A DNA stretch of 64,000 nt from Phoronis australis (Eukaryota; Animalia; Phoronida): the NCBI GenBank assembly GCA_002633005.1, contig NMRA01000204.1:447892-511891 (forward strand), given 5' to 3'. The position numbers were made by a program, and so were the translations under genes. This document shows positions 11,901-24,422 of this stretch, piece after piece. Every line of letters begins with the position of its first letter. The stretch's first letter is position 1. The notes beneath the pieces were generated by a model that was given only the letters and a program-made list of their open reading frames with translations, was not told the DNA's origin and made no database searches.

Positions 11901-14701
11901 CTATTTATAGGATTTATTTAGTGGCTTTCTAATTTTTCTTCGTCTAACTGTTGGGGAAAGGAGAATTGATGAAGGTGTACTTTGGTAGGGAACTAAGGTG
12001 GGTTTTGGGAACAAAAAATGGACCAAAACAAAGACGGTTTTGCCTCGTGAGCCCTGAAATACCTAAATGTATCAAGTTGTTAAACATTCTCAAAGGAAAC
12101 GTATGCCTGAGAAATACTTGAGAGATGACAGACCACCACCATACGAGATGTATTGGCTTTCGGAAAATATTGTCTCTTGAATAATCTGACAGTTTTTATA
12201 CACTCTTGTCTCTTAAATAGGCAGATGGTTTCTCAAAGATAGCTGCCCTCGTAGCTCTGTACTCTGGTGACGAACGGCTGTTGAGCGTGGTTGAAGAAGT
12301 CGTCCGAGTGACGCAAGATGATGACACCGCGGTGGAGTTTGCTAAAACAGGTCTGTGTATCAACAGGAATAAAGTTGGAAACTATCCAGATATTATTGAA
12401 AAAGCAGATTTTGGTCAATTTATCCATTGAGTCAGTTTCGTGGACTGTGGGTCAGTAACTTGTACCTGTACTGTCTAGCAAAAAGTTGGGAAGGACTTCC
12501 TGTTGTACCCTGGTTATGACGAAAGTAGAGTACTGGACCGGTGATTATGTATTACATTATATTTTATGTGCCCAAATTCGCATTTACTACACAGGACACT
12601 ATAGTTTCCACTCTTTTGGTAGTGTATTACATATTGAACTAAAACTTGATGAACATTTTCTTAGGGCTCTGTCACACCTGGCTAGTTGTCATTATTTCTG
12701 AAGAATTTTGAGGCAACAGTGGGAACAGAATAAATGTTGGAGAACTTAATTACAATTCAAGTTGGAACCCCGTGGACAGTGGCGCATATGAGCTATATTT
12801 TTGGCCAAAGGTGCCCATTTGTGTCTGTCCTCAATAAGTTTCGTCAAGGTTTTAGGACAAGTTCAAACATAATGAAAACTGCTTTGGTGTGACGGTGCCT
12901 TTGTCTGGTGTTTGTGCCATTTGATTGAAAGATTTTTCTCAACAAGAGTGTATTAATCTTGGTCCATTTTCAGCTGCCTTAATTCTAGAGCAGTATGTTC
13001 TCCATGGTCGTGTTCCCGATGTCCTTGACAGAATTCAGCCACGACTGGACAACAAAACTCTGACCTGTATCAAGGCTGTCTCTGATCTTGTCGGCAAACC
13101 TCACATTGACGCTGTCCAATTATATGGCCTGTCTTGCGGTAAGTTTTGTGTGATTTGTTTTGACTGCATTGGTATGAGCCTACCACGTACACAGTGTAAG
13201 TGCATATTACAGTCATCTCTTGGTGCCTGTGCCTGGTTGCATGAAACAGTCCCAAATAGGGACTCAACAAACTTCCCTAAATCTACTGCGTACTTTTGAA
13301 CTTGTGAAAACATCGATTGCCCTTTCTTGTATTGTTTTAGTTTCATTACTAAGTCACGTTTTGACTTTGATGCAAATCAAGAGTAAACTCTACGTTGAAT
13401 TGTCAAAACTATCGAAACTAATTAGGGATCTTTTCATGCAACATCCCCAATTTAAGGACTGAGTCCCTATTTATTGTCAATTAACTCCGAGCTCAGTTTT
13501 TAGTTACATTATTAGAAAATGTCTTTTGTCAAGAGGATCTCATAACAAGGATGAAATGATAGAAAAATATTGCATCTGTTCGTCCATAAAGACACGAATA
13601 TACAAAAAGACTCAGGGACCTTAGTTGTGTCCCTATTTGGGACTGTTACATGCAACCTGCCACTTAGATCTGCCTTTTTATCTACTAAATTATTTAGGAT
13701 TTTTCTAAAAATAGGTCTGGTCGGAGCTCATAGGTTTTTTAACAGATCTAACCATTGCTGTGCCTGTGAGTTGCAATTTTAGTCTTCATGTCTTCCATTC
13801 TTTCTACCAAATCCATTGTAACATCTTTGGCAGCTACATTTCGATGATGGAGAGAAAAGCACCCTCCAACTTTTGAAGGAATCCTACAGCAATGTGAGCA
13901 TTTGTTTTATCTAGTGGTCATTTTATTCTTGAGTTTTTGTCATCCGCCTCTTTATCCACCAAACAGTTCAGAGTATCATTATGAAAACTGGCATTAGTTC
14001 TTACAAGAGCACAACTGACAAGGACTGCACTGTGTCGCCCCCTCGTGGTATTTCTTTGCATTAGCGGCTCTGTCTGCTAAATCCCTTGCAGTATCTTTGT
14101 GAAATTTTACGAGTGTTTTTCCTATAATGCAGTTACAGTGCATTGAAGAACTTTTTTTCAGGTGAATCCGTCCACCGCTGTGCCTCCAAGTGATAATCTT
14201 ATTTTTTGTGTTTGCTTCTGTATCTCTAATCAGAGTTCCTTGATGGATTTTCATGAACAAATTTAACATTAGGTTTCTGTGTGAGAGACGCCGACGATTT
14301 CCTATTTGCTATCTGGATTGATGAATTTTGTTCCACCTGATGGTATTTTTTGATCATAGGAGCATACAGGTTATAGTGAAGTCGTAGGCAACCTTCAATG
14401 CTCTGCGTTGCCCTTGTTGGGTGCATTCTATTTTCGTAACCTCCACTCTATCTTGACATTTGTAGGTTTACCAGGCTGTTTTCAAGGTGCGTTGCATGGC
14501 GTGCTGTCAAGTAGTGATGATTATGTGGCCTCCGTGAGACCTGTCATAGCAGCCCCCGGTGATAATTGTGCAAGGGCAAGCTTCGTTGGTGCCTGTGTCG
14601 GGGCTTGCGTGGGATTGGAGGGCATTCCCAGCCAATGGCTTGAGAAGATGTTCAACAAGGACATTGTTAATGTGGCGACAAAAATAGCAAAATTGAGATA
14701 G
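8935..14701 (+). CDS. J1-crystallin / selenoprotein J-like ADP-ribosylglycohydrolase-family protein (Cys form). Exons 8935-9111, 9900-10102, 12221-12350, 12974-13138, 14466-14701; start exon not located
   Basis: All five exons have GT-AG boundaries with compatible phases (1,0,1,1). Motifs: HWIYD, PEF...CPFY....G.NSCYGDQ, FGPGSDY, GPW, DG..K....VALY.G, VRVTQDDD, LPG.FQ.ALHGVL, GDNC.RASFVGAC.GA..G...IP..W. Confidence 0.88.
10941..11006. mobile_element. 66-bp hairpin mini-MITE with 7-bp TSD
   Basis: cacaggcacctt...aaggtgcctgtg flanked by CTCTAAC on both sides (10934-10940, 11007-11013). Confidence 0.75.
13235..13657. mobile_element. MITE with ~40-bp TIRs in an intron of the SelJ-like gene
   Basis: ggttgcatgaaacagtcccaaatagggac vs gtccctatttgggactgttacatgcaacc; no clear TSD. 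Confidence 0.65.
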
Positions 14702-16796
14702 TTGAATTCAGGAATATAACACTGTGAGATATTCTGTTGGTTGTTTTGAAATTGGTTTGCTGTTTCACAGCATTTCTCTGGTGCTTAAAACTGGATTTCC
14801 TTAGTGTTTTGCTGCTCAAAAACTGAAAAATGAATCAAGGTCGTAAAATTGGTTTCATAACATTCCATGCCATGATAGGACTTGATTTCCAATACTACAA
14901 GAACAACGAAACCATCAGTGACTAAAGAAAAAGTGTTTCGCAGTTAATTGAGACTGACCAACCCCAAAATTGCAAATTCGAAAATGGTGCATGTTTGCAT
15001 TGCCTGTGATTTGAGTTGCCAGCTCTTTTGGCAAGAATTGAAGATGAAATCAGCGTGGTAATGATTTTAAACCCTAAAGGGCTTGGATTAAGAATTCAAC
15101 ATTGATCTCTGAACAGTCATGGGTCCCCTTTGATTAGGTCGTGTGCGTGCACAACTTGGGGGTATAACAGGGTGGATCTATGATTTTTAAAAGGGGAGTC
15201 TGATGAATTTTTTAAGAAAAGGGGGGTCCAAGTCATCTATTTTGAAAATTTTTAATTTGACATTTCTAAAATGAAGGGAAAAAAGGGTGGGGTCTGGACC
15301 CCTTGAACTCCCTGGATCTGCCTATGTACACTAAAATGATTATTACTATGGAACATGCAAATGTATCTTTTATGGTGAAGAGATCTGTCATGGATTGTAG
15401 GAAGTCATTGTTCACAGTAGAATGATACCAGACCGCATACAATATACTTGCAGCTAACAGTTGACTAGAGTGAGTGATATCCCACTTAAATCTCTACACA
15501 AGCATGCACAGCAGTTTTTGCTATCCTCAAAAAGACCATTGGTGGTCGACCAGAAGAAATAATGGCGGCCTGCCATAACTTAACGCTAATGGGATCGATT
15601 CCATTCTATCTCATCAGTGGCGTGGACTATCGCCTCCCGCGTTCACCACATCCCTGCATCTCTAATTAAGCGCTGTGCTGGGGGATTGCTGTCCACTTCT
15701 GTCCCAACAGACGTCGGAGATCGTCCAAAGTGGTTTGGTTTGTCACTTTAAAAGCTTCATTTCGATATTTATAAATGGGCATTTATAATAAACTTGATCT
15801 GAGAATGTGCGTTTTGAATTATATTATCAGTGCATTTTTGAATTTTCAAAAACAGTCATTCCTGTCGAATTTATGTTACTTTTTTGAGTATCAAGTTTCT
15901 CGTAATTATACTGTGTTCAGGCTGGAGCTTATAGGCAATATCTTGTATGTCTTTACTGTCAAACTCGTGCACCCACAAGAAATTTCCAATCTCATATAAT
16001 CAGCATACCATTTGTGGTCCACCGTTGTTACCTTTGGTTGTTCGTTTATTATCTCATAAAAAGGCATGGCTGATCGAGATTAAATTAAGCACGAAGTTAT
16101 GAAATGGGGATACACCGGCATCTGTGTATTTTCGTGTGGAGTCGATTACCTTCAATTTGACACCCCACGTTAACTGTTTAAATTAGTTTTCAACTAGAAA
16201 TTCCGTCCATCAAATTTTGGCGAATCACGTATTGAAATATCTCAATACAGATTAATATGGTAGCACCAATCCATTTCCGCAGGGATTCGACTATCGTGTT
16301 GCAGGTGTATTTTTGAACAGTAACAAGAAATCCTTCGCCCGTCAATTTTTGTAGACATGACGTACACGAAATGTACGCACCAGTCCTTTTCTGACGGAAT
16401 AGACTACATTTGAACCCCCTGTTGGCCATTTTAGTTCACGACAAGATTTTCGCTGTCTATGGATTGTGATAAAGGTTTCATTTTGGCAGATTTTGACAAA
16501 ACTTGACCCATATATGGTGAGGATGCGCCAACACTAGACAGTTTTCTTACACTATTTACCGTCATTAGCACACCCTGTTGGCCGTTTTGTCGTAGGTGGT
16601 TTACACCAGTTCCCGGCACTGAGGTGATTGATCTCGTCAGTGTCAAGTTAGTTTAATTATATTACACCATGCCCATACCTGCATGTGACTTGGGGGTGGG
16701 GTGTGAAACTGGAGGCAGCCGATCTGAACCCGAACGCAATCGTCGATGTAAACTACTTCTCGGACCCTCACATGAAAGGCGAAGGCAACCTTTTTT

Positions 16797-18058
16797 CATG
16801 TCACCTTTCGCAAAAATAAGGTCTGTTGATTATCCCAGACATATTTTTCGCTTAATTACAGCTTTTCGTAATTTAATTAATTTCTGGTCCTCTACTCCGG
16901 AAGTGACGTTTTGGGAGGCAAGAATTTCGCGCCAATTTCTTTTCATACAGACTGTGAGAGCTGTCAAGTCAGTCATTGTTCTACTTCGGATGTGATAAGT
17001 TCGGTCGTCGTTTGCTTTTGTTTACGAGTCCGTCAACATGCCACGCTGTTGCTGCGTACCAGGATTTACTCATTATCGTCTCACACGCGCTTTGGGTTAT
17101 GCATCGCTTTCCGAAGGATGACACACTTCGCCGTACTTGGCTAGCTCGTTCGTGTGAAGAACGCAGCGCTACCCGTTCACACTACGTACAAAGCAGTGGC
17201 AAGCATTTTCAGCCGTCAGATTACGACAGAGATATGTACGCTGAATTAATGAAGGTCCCTGTGAAACAACGCCTGAAGAAGGGTTCCATACCGTCGCTGT
17301 TGATTCCCGGCAGTCAGTGCCCCGTCGCCACCCGCGAGAAGTGCGTTTTTGAAGCGAGAAGCCTCGCGAGCTGTAGCCACTATAAACAGTGACTGGAGGC
17401 ACTTCATCTACTGTCATCCATGCCTCCAAACGTACACTATAGCGTGCAATTCCAGGAACTGGCAGTGATTCTCGGTGTCAGCTGTTGTCTCTAGCCCAGA
17501 GCCTGTAAGCAGCCCTGCAGCGATGTTGAGTAGTGGGAGTGAATACAGGCCCAGTTTGACACCCAATGAAAAGGACAGTTCGTCATTCAGTGAACAGATC
17601 GGTGAACCTAAGTTTGATAAGTTTATTGTGGACTTGTATTAGAGCTATTTAGAAGGTGCCACGTGTTTGACGAGGGAGTCGCACGACGGCGGGATGTAAG
17701 CAATTTGGGTGCTCAAGTCACCATCGGGAGTGTGTCGCGGCCGGGGCAGTTCTTCCTCTGTACGTGAGACGATAATGAGTAAATCTCGGTAGGCAGCAAC
17801 AGCGTGGCATGTTGACTGACTCGTAAACAAAAGCAAACTACGACCGAACTTATCACAACCGGGGTAGAACAATGACTGACTCTACTGCTCTCGCAGTCAG
17901 ACTGCATGTATGAAAAGAAATTGGCGCGAAATTCTTGCCTCCCAAAACTTCACTTCCGGAGTAGAGGACGAGTAATTAATTAAATTACGAAAAGATGTAA
18001 ATAAGTAAAAATATGTATGGGATAATCAGCGAACCCTATTTTTGCCAAAAATGACATG
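16797..18058. mobile_element. Defective THAP-domain DNA transposon with ~290-bp inverted repeats (P/Galileo-like or other THAP-bearing superfamily)
   Basis: 16797-17088 is inverted at ~17760-18058, with catgtca.../...tgacatg ends. Internal frameshifted THAP ORF from ATG 17038: MPRCCCVPG...HRFPKD...WL...KHFQPSDY...RLKKGSIPS. Confidence 0.75.
17038..17392 (+). pseudogene. THAP zinc-finger domain remnant (frameshifted)
   Basis: Shows the N-terminal CC.PG, FP, W, HF and terminal AVPT-like (SIPS) THAP motifs. Two of the zinc-ligand Cys appear mutated; one frameshift near 17095. Confidence 0.75.
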
Positions 18059-18514
18059 CTGGTGACTTATTAGTCATACCAGGTATCCAGTGAATAAAGC
18101 TAATAATGTGATAGTTTACAGTATTTTTGACTGTATGATTTTTTTATTGATTGTAAGATTTTTACACAAGAACACTTGAATTCGCTCATGTGACCTCCCA
18201 AGACTTGTAAACTTGTGCGTTAACCAGCAAATAAAAGGTTTATTGGAGCCGTTGTTAAAACTGTAATAGCCCCAGTTTTTGGAATATGTAGTTTTCAGTT
18301 TTGTAATACTCAAAAAAAAACTGTTCTTAAGTAATCCGCACATGGCTTAAGATTCGTTAATATCCGGTGATGTAAATGATATTCACCATGACTAGATATA
18401 TATTTAATGTACTAGAATACATGTGATTCTGAAAACTTGCCGAAGATGACAAACTGACTCGAGACATTTATGAATAAGTCATTTAAGCATTAAAATAGTG
18501 AAGACCAAAAGGAG

Positions 18515-18590
18515 GAGACAGTGTGGCCTGGTTGATAAGTGCCTACTTTCTTTACTCGAGGTCGTGGGTTCGAGTCCCACCGGGTCACAC
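18515..18590 (+). mobile_element. tRNA-derived SINE head
   Basis: A-box-like tggcctggttg and B-box ggttcgagtccc at tRNA spacing; the anticodon arm is degenerate. Confidence 0.6.
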
Positions 18591-19699
18591 TGCTAAACCC
18601 TTGAGCCAGGTTTCTGGCTCCTCAGCTCGGTTTTAACCAAATATTGATAAAGCATAAAAATGTTTCCAGGTGATCAGTGCAATGGGCCCACGTGCGAGGC
18701 CTGCGCACGTCTGGTACAACGTGTATCAGACCACCTGCAATTATTTTTTTTTAAAGGAACGTACTAATTCACAAGGCCAGTACAGACAAATAATATTCTA
18801 TGGTTCTTTTCTACTCCAGGCTTACATTAAAAAGTTTCCTAACGGATTTGAAACCATTTCAATTTTGTGTCAACGCTAAAATTAATAGAGCGAATATGGA
18901 CTTTCTTGTTCCATTCATTAGTCAGATGGGAATTAAGTGCCAGTTTCCACTTTGCCTAATCTCTCATTTTTATGGATATATGAAAAGAGTCATCAATAAA
19001 TTTATTTGGTTTCTTGGAGAAAAAGATGTAAAAGTTGAGAAAACTTTGATAAGACAACATTAAAGGAAACTTTTTTTTTCTCTTAAATATGTCCGTAAGA
19101 TTTTTTTTAAGCCCAAATATGAAGTTGGGAGTTTGCATTCAACATCCAGTCTATCCTTCAGTTGCTGGAGTTTCCATAAAAGGATATTCTTCGTCCGTGA
19201 GTGGCCACTGGCGGGCAACCTGCAACTGACTTGGTCGCAGCACCGCCACGCAATTTCTGAAAGCATTCCCATTGATTCAGAAACACCTTATTATAGAAAT
19301 CTTGTTTCGTTTTCGGTGATATTTGAATCAGTGTGGGCTACATTATTGTGAGAAAGAAAAGCCATCTTGATGAAGCGTGTTTTATTCGACTAGATTACAA
19401 GGAATTACAATTAAAAGATTAACAAAGTTTTCAAAATAAAACAAGTATCAACAGTTGTGATAGATAACGGATTGGAACTTAATTGAAAACCGTTTAAAAT
19501 ATTAAATTAGAAGGAATTGGATATTAAATACACGTTCAGTTCTGTGCAACCCTCAGAAACAACGGTAGCGACCAGACCTGGCTAAGACCTGTGGCATGCT
19601 GGAAGAGGACATATTTAATGATGGCTTCCGTGCAAGAGGAGGTTTATGGGTAGCCAGGCGGTGTCACTGTTGTTACTAGCGTTTCACGAATAGCAGGTG

Positions 19700-20608
19700 T
19701 TATAGTTGACGTGTTTCAATATCTGCGATAATAAAATAAGGCATCTTCACATTTCGACAAAACGAAAATACACGTAGAAGAGGTAAATGGATTTAAGGAT
19801 TTTTAAATAACAAAGAAAACAGTCTTTTAAACAGCTTCATCACTTTGTCTTGGCAAACAAACGGAAAGAAGAATAAAATATAGTCATTTCGTTGTCCGGA
19901 AGTCCCCTTGGTGACGTCTTAGACCATGTGAACGATTGTGTCGGCTTTCATTGGTCTCCTGGTCAGGTTTAGATGTATTTTGGGATTGCGAATTGACTTC
20001 TTGTAGCATTCGTGCATTTCGGGATTGCGATTTGGCTTTATGTAGTATACAGGAACTCTAAGGTCTTGGACGAAGATTGCCATGGCAACGATAACAACAA
20101 GTAGTCCAGTGGCGTTGACTGCTGATGTCAAATAGAACGCCAAGAGCTCTGCAAACGAAGGAAACGAAGATTTCAGTCGGGCAATAAATAGCGACAGAAT
20201 GCACGAAAAGAACACGATCTGCACTATAAACACGTGTTACGTGAAAATTTCCCTTTAATTCATCCAAAGTCTAGGATTTAAGGAAACACGAATTTTAAAG
20301 AAGCTTTGGTGGTTGAGAAGCCCCACTGACCATGTGACTGTGGTGTTTACGAGGTAAGCCGATTGCATACGGATATACTAAAAACAATTATTAACAGAAC
20401 TGGTACGTGCTAATTACCTATGGTGTGAGACCAAGACAAACCACTTACCATTCTGTTTGTCGATGTCATCCACTGAAGATAACTCTGGAGACGACAGGGG
20501 CGTGCGAGGCGCCACAATCACTGTCTTGTAGAGTTCTCCCTCTATTGGTCGAGCTTCGGACCAACATCCTCCAACAATGAGTAACATTCCGATATATAAC
20601 AAATCCAT
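19700..20608 (-). CDS. Putative small secreted protein A, 60 aa (coding exons 20449-20608, 19700-19722): MDLLYIGMLLIVGGCWSEA-RPIEGELYKTVIVAPRTPLSSPELSSVDDIDKQNDIETRQL
   Basis: Hydrophobic signal peptide. Acceptor ttattttag before the ATG exon, donor G|gtaagt, and acceptor ttattatcgcag in matching phase 1. Upstream non-coding donor AG|gtatgt at 20905. AATAAA at 19381-19386 (-). Confidence 0.65.
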
Positions 20609-21579
20609 ATCGGTGTCACAGCGCAGATTATCTCTAAAATAAAGTAATGTCATCATTTAATAGCCTTACTATACACGTCGGTATCATGATTTATCTGGAA
20701 AGTGCATAAATGTTGCATAATATTTTATTTATTGTATATTACGTGAGGTAGTAGCTTAAACAAGAATTCATTATTTTCATTCTTGCGTTCATAAAATAAT
20801 CTTGTTAAGGTTTTATAGTCGTATCTCTAGAGACAATTCACTTTCAAATGAATACTGCACTTCAACATTTAAAGGCATTTTAAATACTTGACGAGTACTA
20901 CATACCTTTTTCAACGACTTTTGTCCAATTTTCAATCGGCTTCACCTTTGTCGCCTACTGATACGTCACAATATCGAGTAGATTGTTTTTTATTGTACCA
21001 CGTCATGATGACTTCATACACTTGTTCGCGGTTCATAGGTTATTTTCTTACCAAAATAAAAACGCACTTCTGCTGCTAATGTCTGTCATTCAAGGTGTGC
21101 AAACAGTGCAGAGTTATGTTTAATGGGCCCTTTCTTTCGCCTGGTCTGCTCTAAGTACACAAACATGTGTACAACTGGGTTCTCTTCAGCAAAAATCCAA
21201 ATATGGAGAAAACTGCTCTGCATGCTTTCACGTTCTTATCTTTCTTTTCGGTATTTACAGAAATAGCCATAGTTACACTTTATTTTCACTTACTTAGTGT
21301 GTCATTATCATTTATAATAAAGCAAACACATGTGCAACACTGTATTAATTATTTGTCTCGTAAAGCAGACAAAACTGTGGATTCCTAAACATGGCTAAGC
21401 TCGTGTCGTAGATTTTCAACCGACTCGGAACTTTTCAAAATGGTGCAGCGCCATGATTAAATACATGTAGGGAGACTGAGTATTGTCATAACAGCTTTTG
21501 TTATTGACTATGCATTAAGTACAATGTCTTGAACACACGCGTCATAGACTTCTAAAATCTTGTGTAAAAATTGTGAGGG

Positions 21580-21980
21580 TGATCTGACGAATATGTGTAC
21601 AAGTAATCAGGCCCGTAGCTAGGGGGGTTCGGGGAGGGGGTTGCTCGAACCCTACCCCCACCCTTACCCCTCCTAGCCCGTACCCCCGGCGCTACGGAAA
21701 TGATGTAGTTGAAAATCATCAAAAAATGCACCTACAAGTATGCGTTTCTATTCTTTTAAATTCAGCATAGGTAACTTCACTATAGCCCCCGTTTCTCAAA
21801 ACCAGACGTCTAGGCATGTCTTCGTGCAGAAAACCCCGACGAGGATAAGGCTGCCTGATCTGACGAATATGTGTACAAGTAATCAGGCCCGTAGCTAGGG
21901 GGGTTCGGGGAGGGGGTTGCTCGAACCCTACCCCCACCCCTACCCCTCCTAGCCCGTACCCCCTGCGTTACGGAAATGAT
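21580..21980 (+). repeat. Two direct copies (~125 bp) containing a caggcccgtagc-type MITE end
   Basis: tgatctgacgaatatgtgtacaagtaatcaggcccgtagctagggggg...acggaaatgatg at ~21580-21704 and ~21856-21981. Confidence 0.8.
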
Positions 21981-24422
21981 GAACCTTTGCAACTCTCCTG
22001 GTTATGTAGGATTCTAGAAAATGTCCAACTTTGTCTGACCTCGGAACATCATATCTCCGAAATGTCTGGTCGTACTCAAATGTCTGGTCGTACTCAAATG
22101 AAACTTTCAGAAGCTACACTTTATTCAGTGTTTCTAAAGCTATTAGGAAATGTTTTTAAAATGATCCACTTTTGCAAGAAGAGTTACCAAAAATAAGACT
22201 TTTGTGATTTTTTGTAAACTCAAAAGTCGTATGAGACGAATATGAATTGATTATTTACCTTAACAGAGTTTTTGAGATGATTATGTTGAAGATTGCTATC
22301 AAATAGAATTTGGCTACGTTGATGCTGTTGTTTTGCAACGAATGCACCATCCTTTTCGCAAACTTTGATAAAAATAATAATTGGTCACGTGATCCAACAA
22401 TGAAATATTGGTGTAAGGTTAAAAAACAAACTTTGAAAGCTTTCTTCGTATTTTTTATACAGTTACATGTCATGTTGTTGTAGATATTTGGCTGAAGGAA
22501 CTGTCTATTAACTATTGCCATTCATTTGAAAAATTTATCAGCTATGAGTATTGCCACTTTACGTATACGTTTTCACAGTCTTGATAGGTCATTTCGTTTT
22601 GCACTGTAAAAGTTTTAAGTCCAAAAATGTATCGTAACTCATGTGACGCACAATGTGCAATAAGTTTTCTTGATTTGTGCTATGTTAACCTTCAAAATGC
22701 AGACAAATGATACGTAAAAAAGAACATTGCAGGGTCCGACTGCATAAAAGTTATACCTTGATTTGCGCCAATGACGAAAACTGTAACAGGGTTTTTGAGA
22801 TTTTATCTTTAATATTTAAATCAAACAAAATTTGGTCAGTGTGCTGATACCGTTGTTTAGCTATGAATGTACCTTTTCGTTTATTTTTTGCTAAATTTTA
22901 CTAAAATTGTTTTATGGACTGTAACTTCGTCAGCTAGAAATGCAAAGAATTTCGCTCGCTTGACTCACTAGGTCTTCTATCCTAGTTACGAGTATATTTA
23001 TGAATTCCGATGAAATATAAGTTGCATTTCCCATGTTGTCGGTGCCGGAGGGGTTAACTCACCTATGTTTGTTACCAGTTTCAAAGCTTTTCTGTGATGT
23101 TGACATGCCTTGGATTTGGTCGCATTGCGCTGGTTATCCTGTTTGTATTCCGACTGGTTTGATTTCTGTCCACAGTATGTTCAATCAGTCCAAAATACAC
23201 AACTTCGTGTAACTTTGTTACTTGAAATTTTGTGGATTTAGAGGTGCTCAATATACAACCCTACTTCCAACCCGTAGTATGGTATCATATGATATAAAAG
23301 TTATTGCCGAAACACTGTCAACTCGTGTAAAATGCAGCATAAAAGCACGTGACCATATAAAACGTATGCTAAAAATAGACGATGGCTTTTGGACCGATCT
23401 GACTCAGTGGCAGATCTAGGATATCACAAGGGGGGGCCCAACATTTTGCCCCCCCCCCCCTAAATCCGCCTATCTGACTAATAGGTGATTGCACCCAGTT
23501 CCATAGAAAAATTCGAAACTTGTTACTTTTTGTGTTTCAACAAAATTTTACTGTTATGGTCAGTTACTCCTGGTAAATATATTGTCCAAAGGTCATGGGA
23601 ACAGATGGCACGCACACGTACACTCATGCGCCATGTGCTCGCGCAAACACTCCCAGTTACTTATCAGTAGTTCTGAGTATAGGCACACTCCGATTCAGGT
23701 GTCTCACATTGCTGAAAACATCAGTCATGACACGTTATTGAAAGAACAGCAAAACGAGTCAGTTATTGTGCATATCTGCGGACCAAACTTGCTCCGTCAT
23801 GGGACAAGTTCGGCCTTTTCGTTCTACTAATTTAAATGGTTGATGCCAGATGCAAAATTTCTTGTGTAATTTAAAAAGGTGAAACTACGATTAATTTCAA
23901 AAGCTTGTTAGAAAAATATTAAATTTCCTTCTTATGAACATAGAAATAGAGACTCTCATAAACAAATTTAATTAATAATTAGTTGACCAGCATGTAATAA
24001 ATTTAACTACTTATTAATATATATAGTAAGATGTGTGCGTGTCAGTCTGAATGTTATTAATAAGTTACGTCACTAAAACCATGTTGCCGTTACAATAATA
24101 CTGATAATACTCGATTACCACTATACTGAAATCTATAAAACCTGCCTTTACTTGTGAATTGATCAGTTTGAAAGATTTCTTTCGTGTATGTATGGAAGGT
24201 TTTAATTTTGCTATATATAGACTCCAAGAACGTTTTATGAATTCTGGCAACAAGCCACAAAATCTATAAGACGATTTGTTCAATAGGTAAATCACTTACT
24301 GAAAAGCATTATGATTTACCTATTGAACATCATATTTGAAAGCAATGAAAAATCCATTCCATCGTGTGGTAAATATCTTTGTGTGTACCTAAATTCCTTC
24401 CCCTTTCATTTTCTAGGAAACC

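Noticed and set aside
14702-15150. SECIS element in the SelJ-like 3' UTR
   Set aside because: The ATGA...AA...GA candidates near 14872 and 15044 lack a convincing helix II by eye, and the gene has TGC rather than TGA. SECISearch would be decisive.
18515-18590. Functional tRNA genes (also 25775-25830, 34810-34867, 61245-61316)
   Set aside because: A/B boxes are present but the cloverleaf stems do not close; they fit SINE heads better.
23063-23165. Minus-strand exon candidate with AG|gtgagt donor
   Set aside because: Weak acceptor, no recognisable protein similarity and no partner exon identified.
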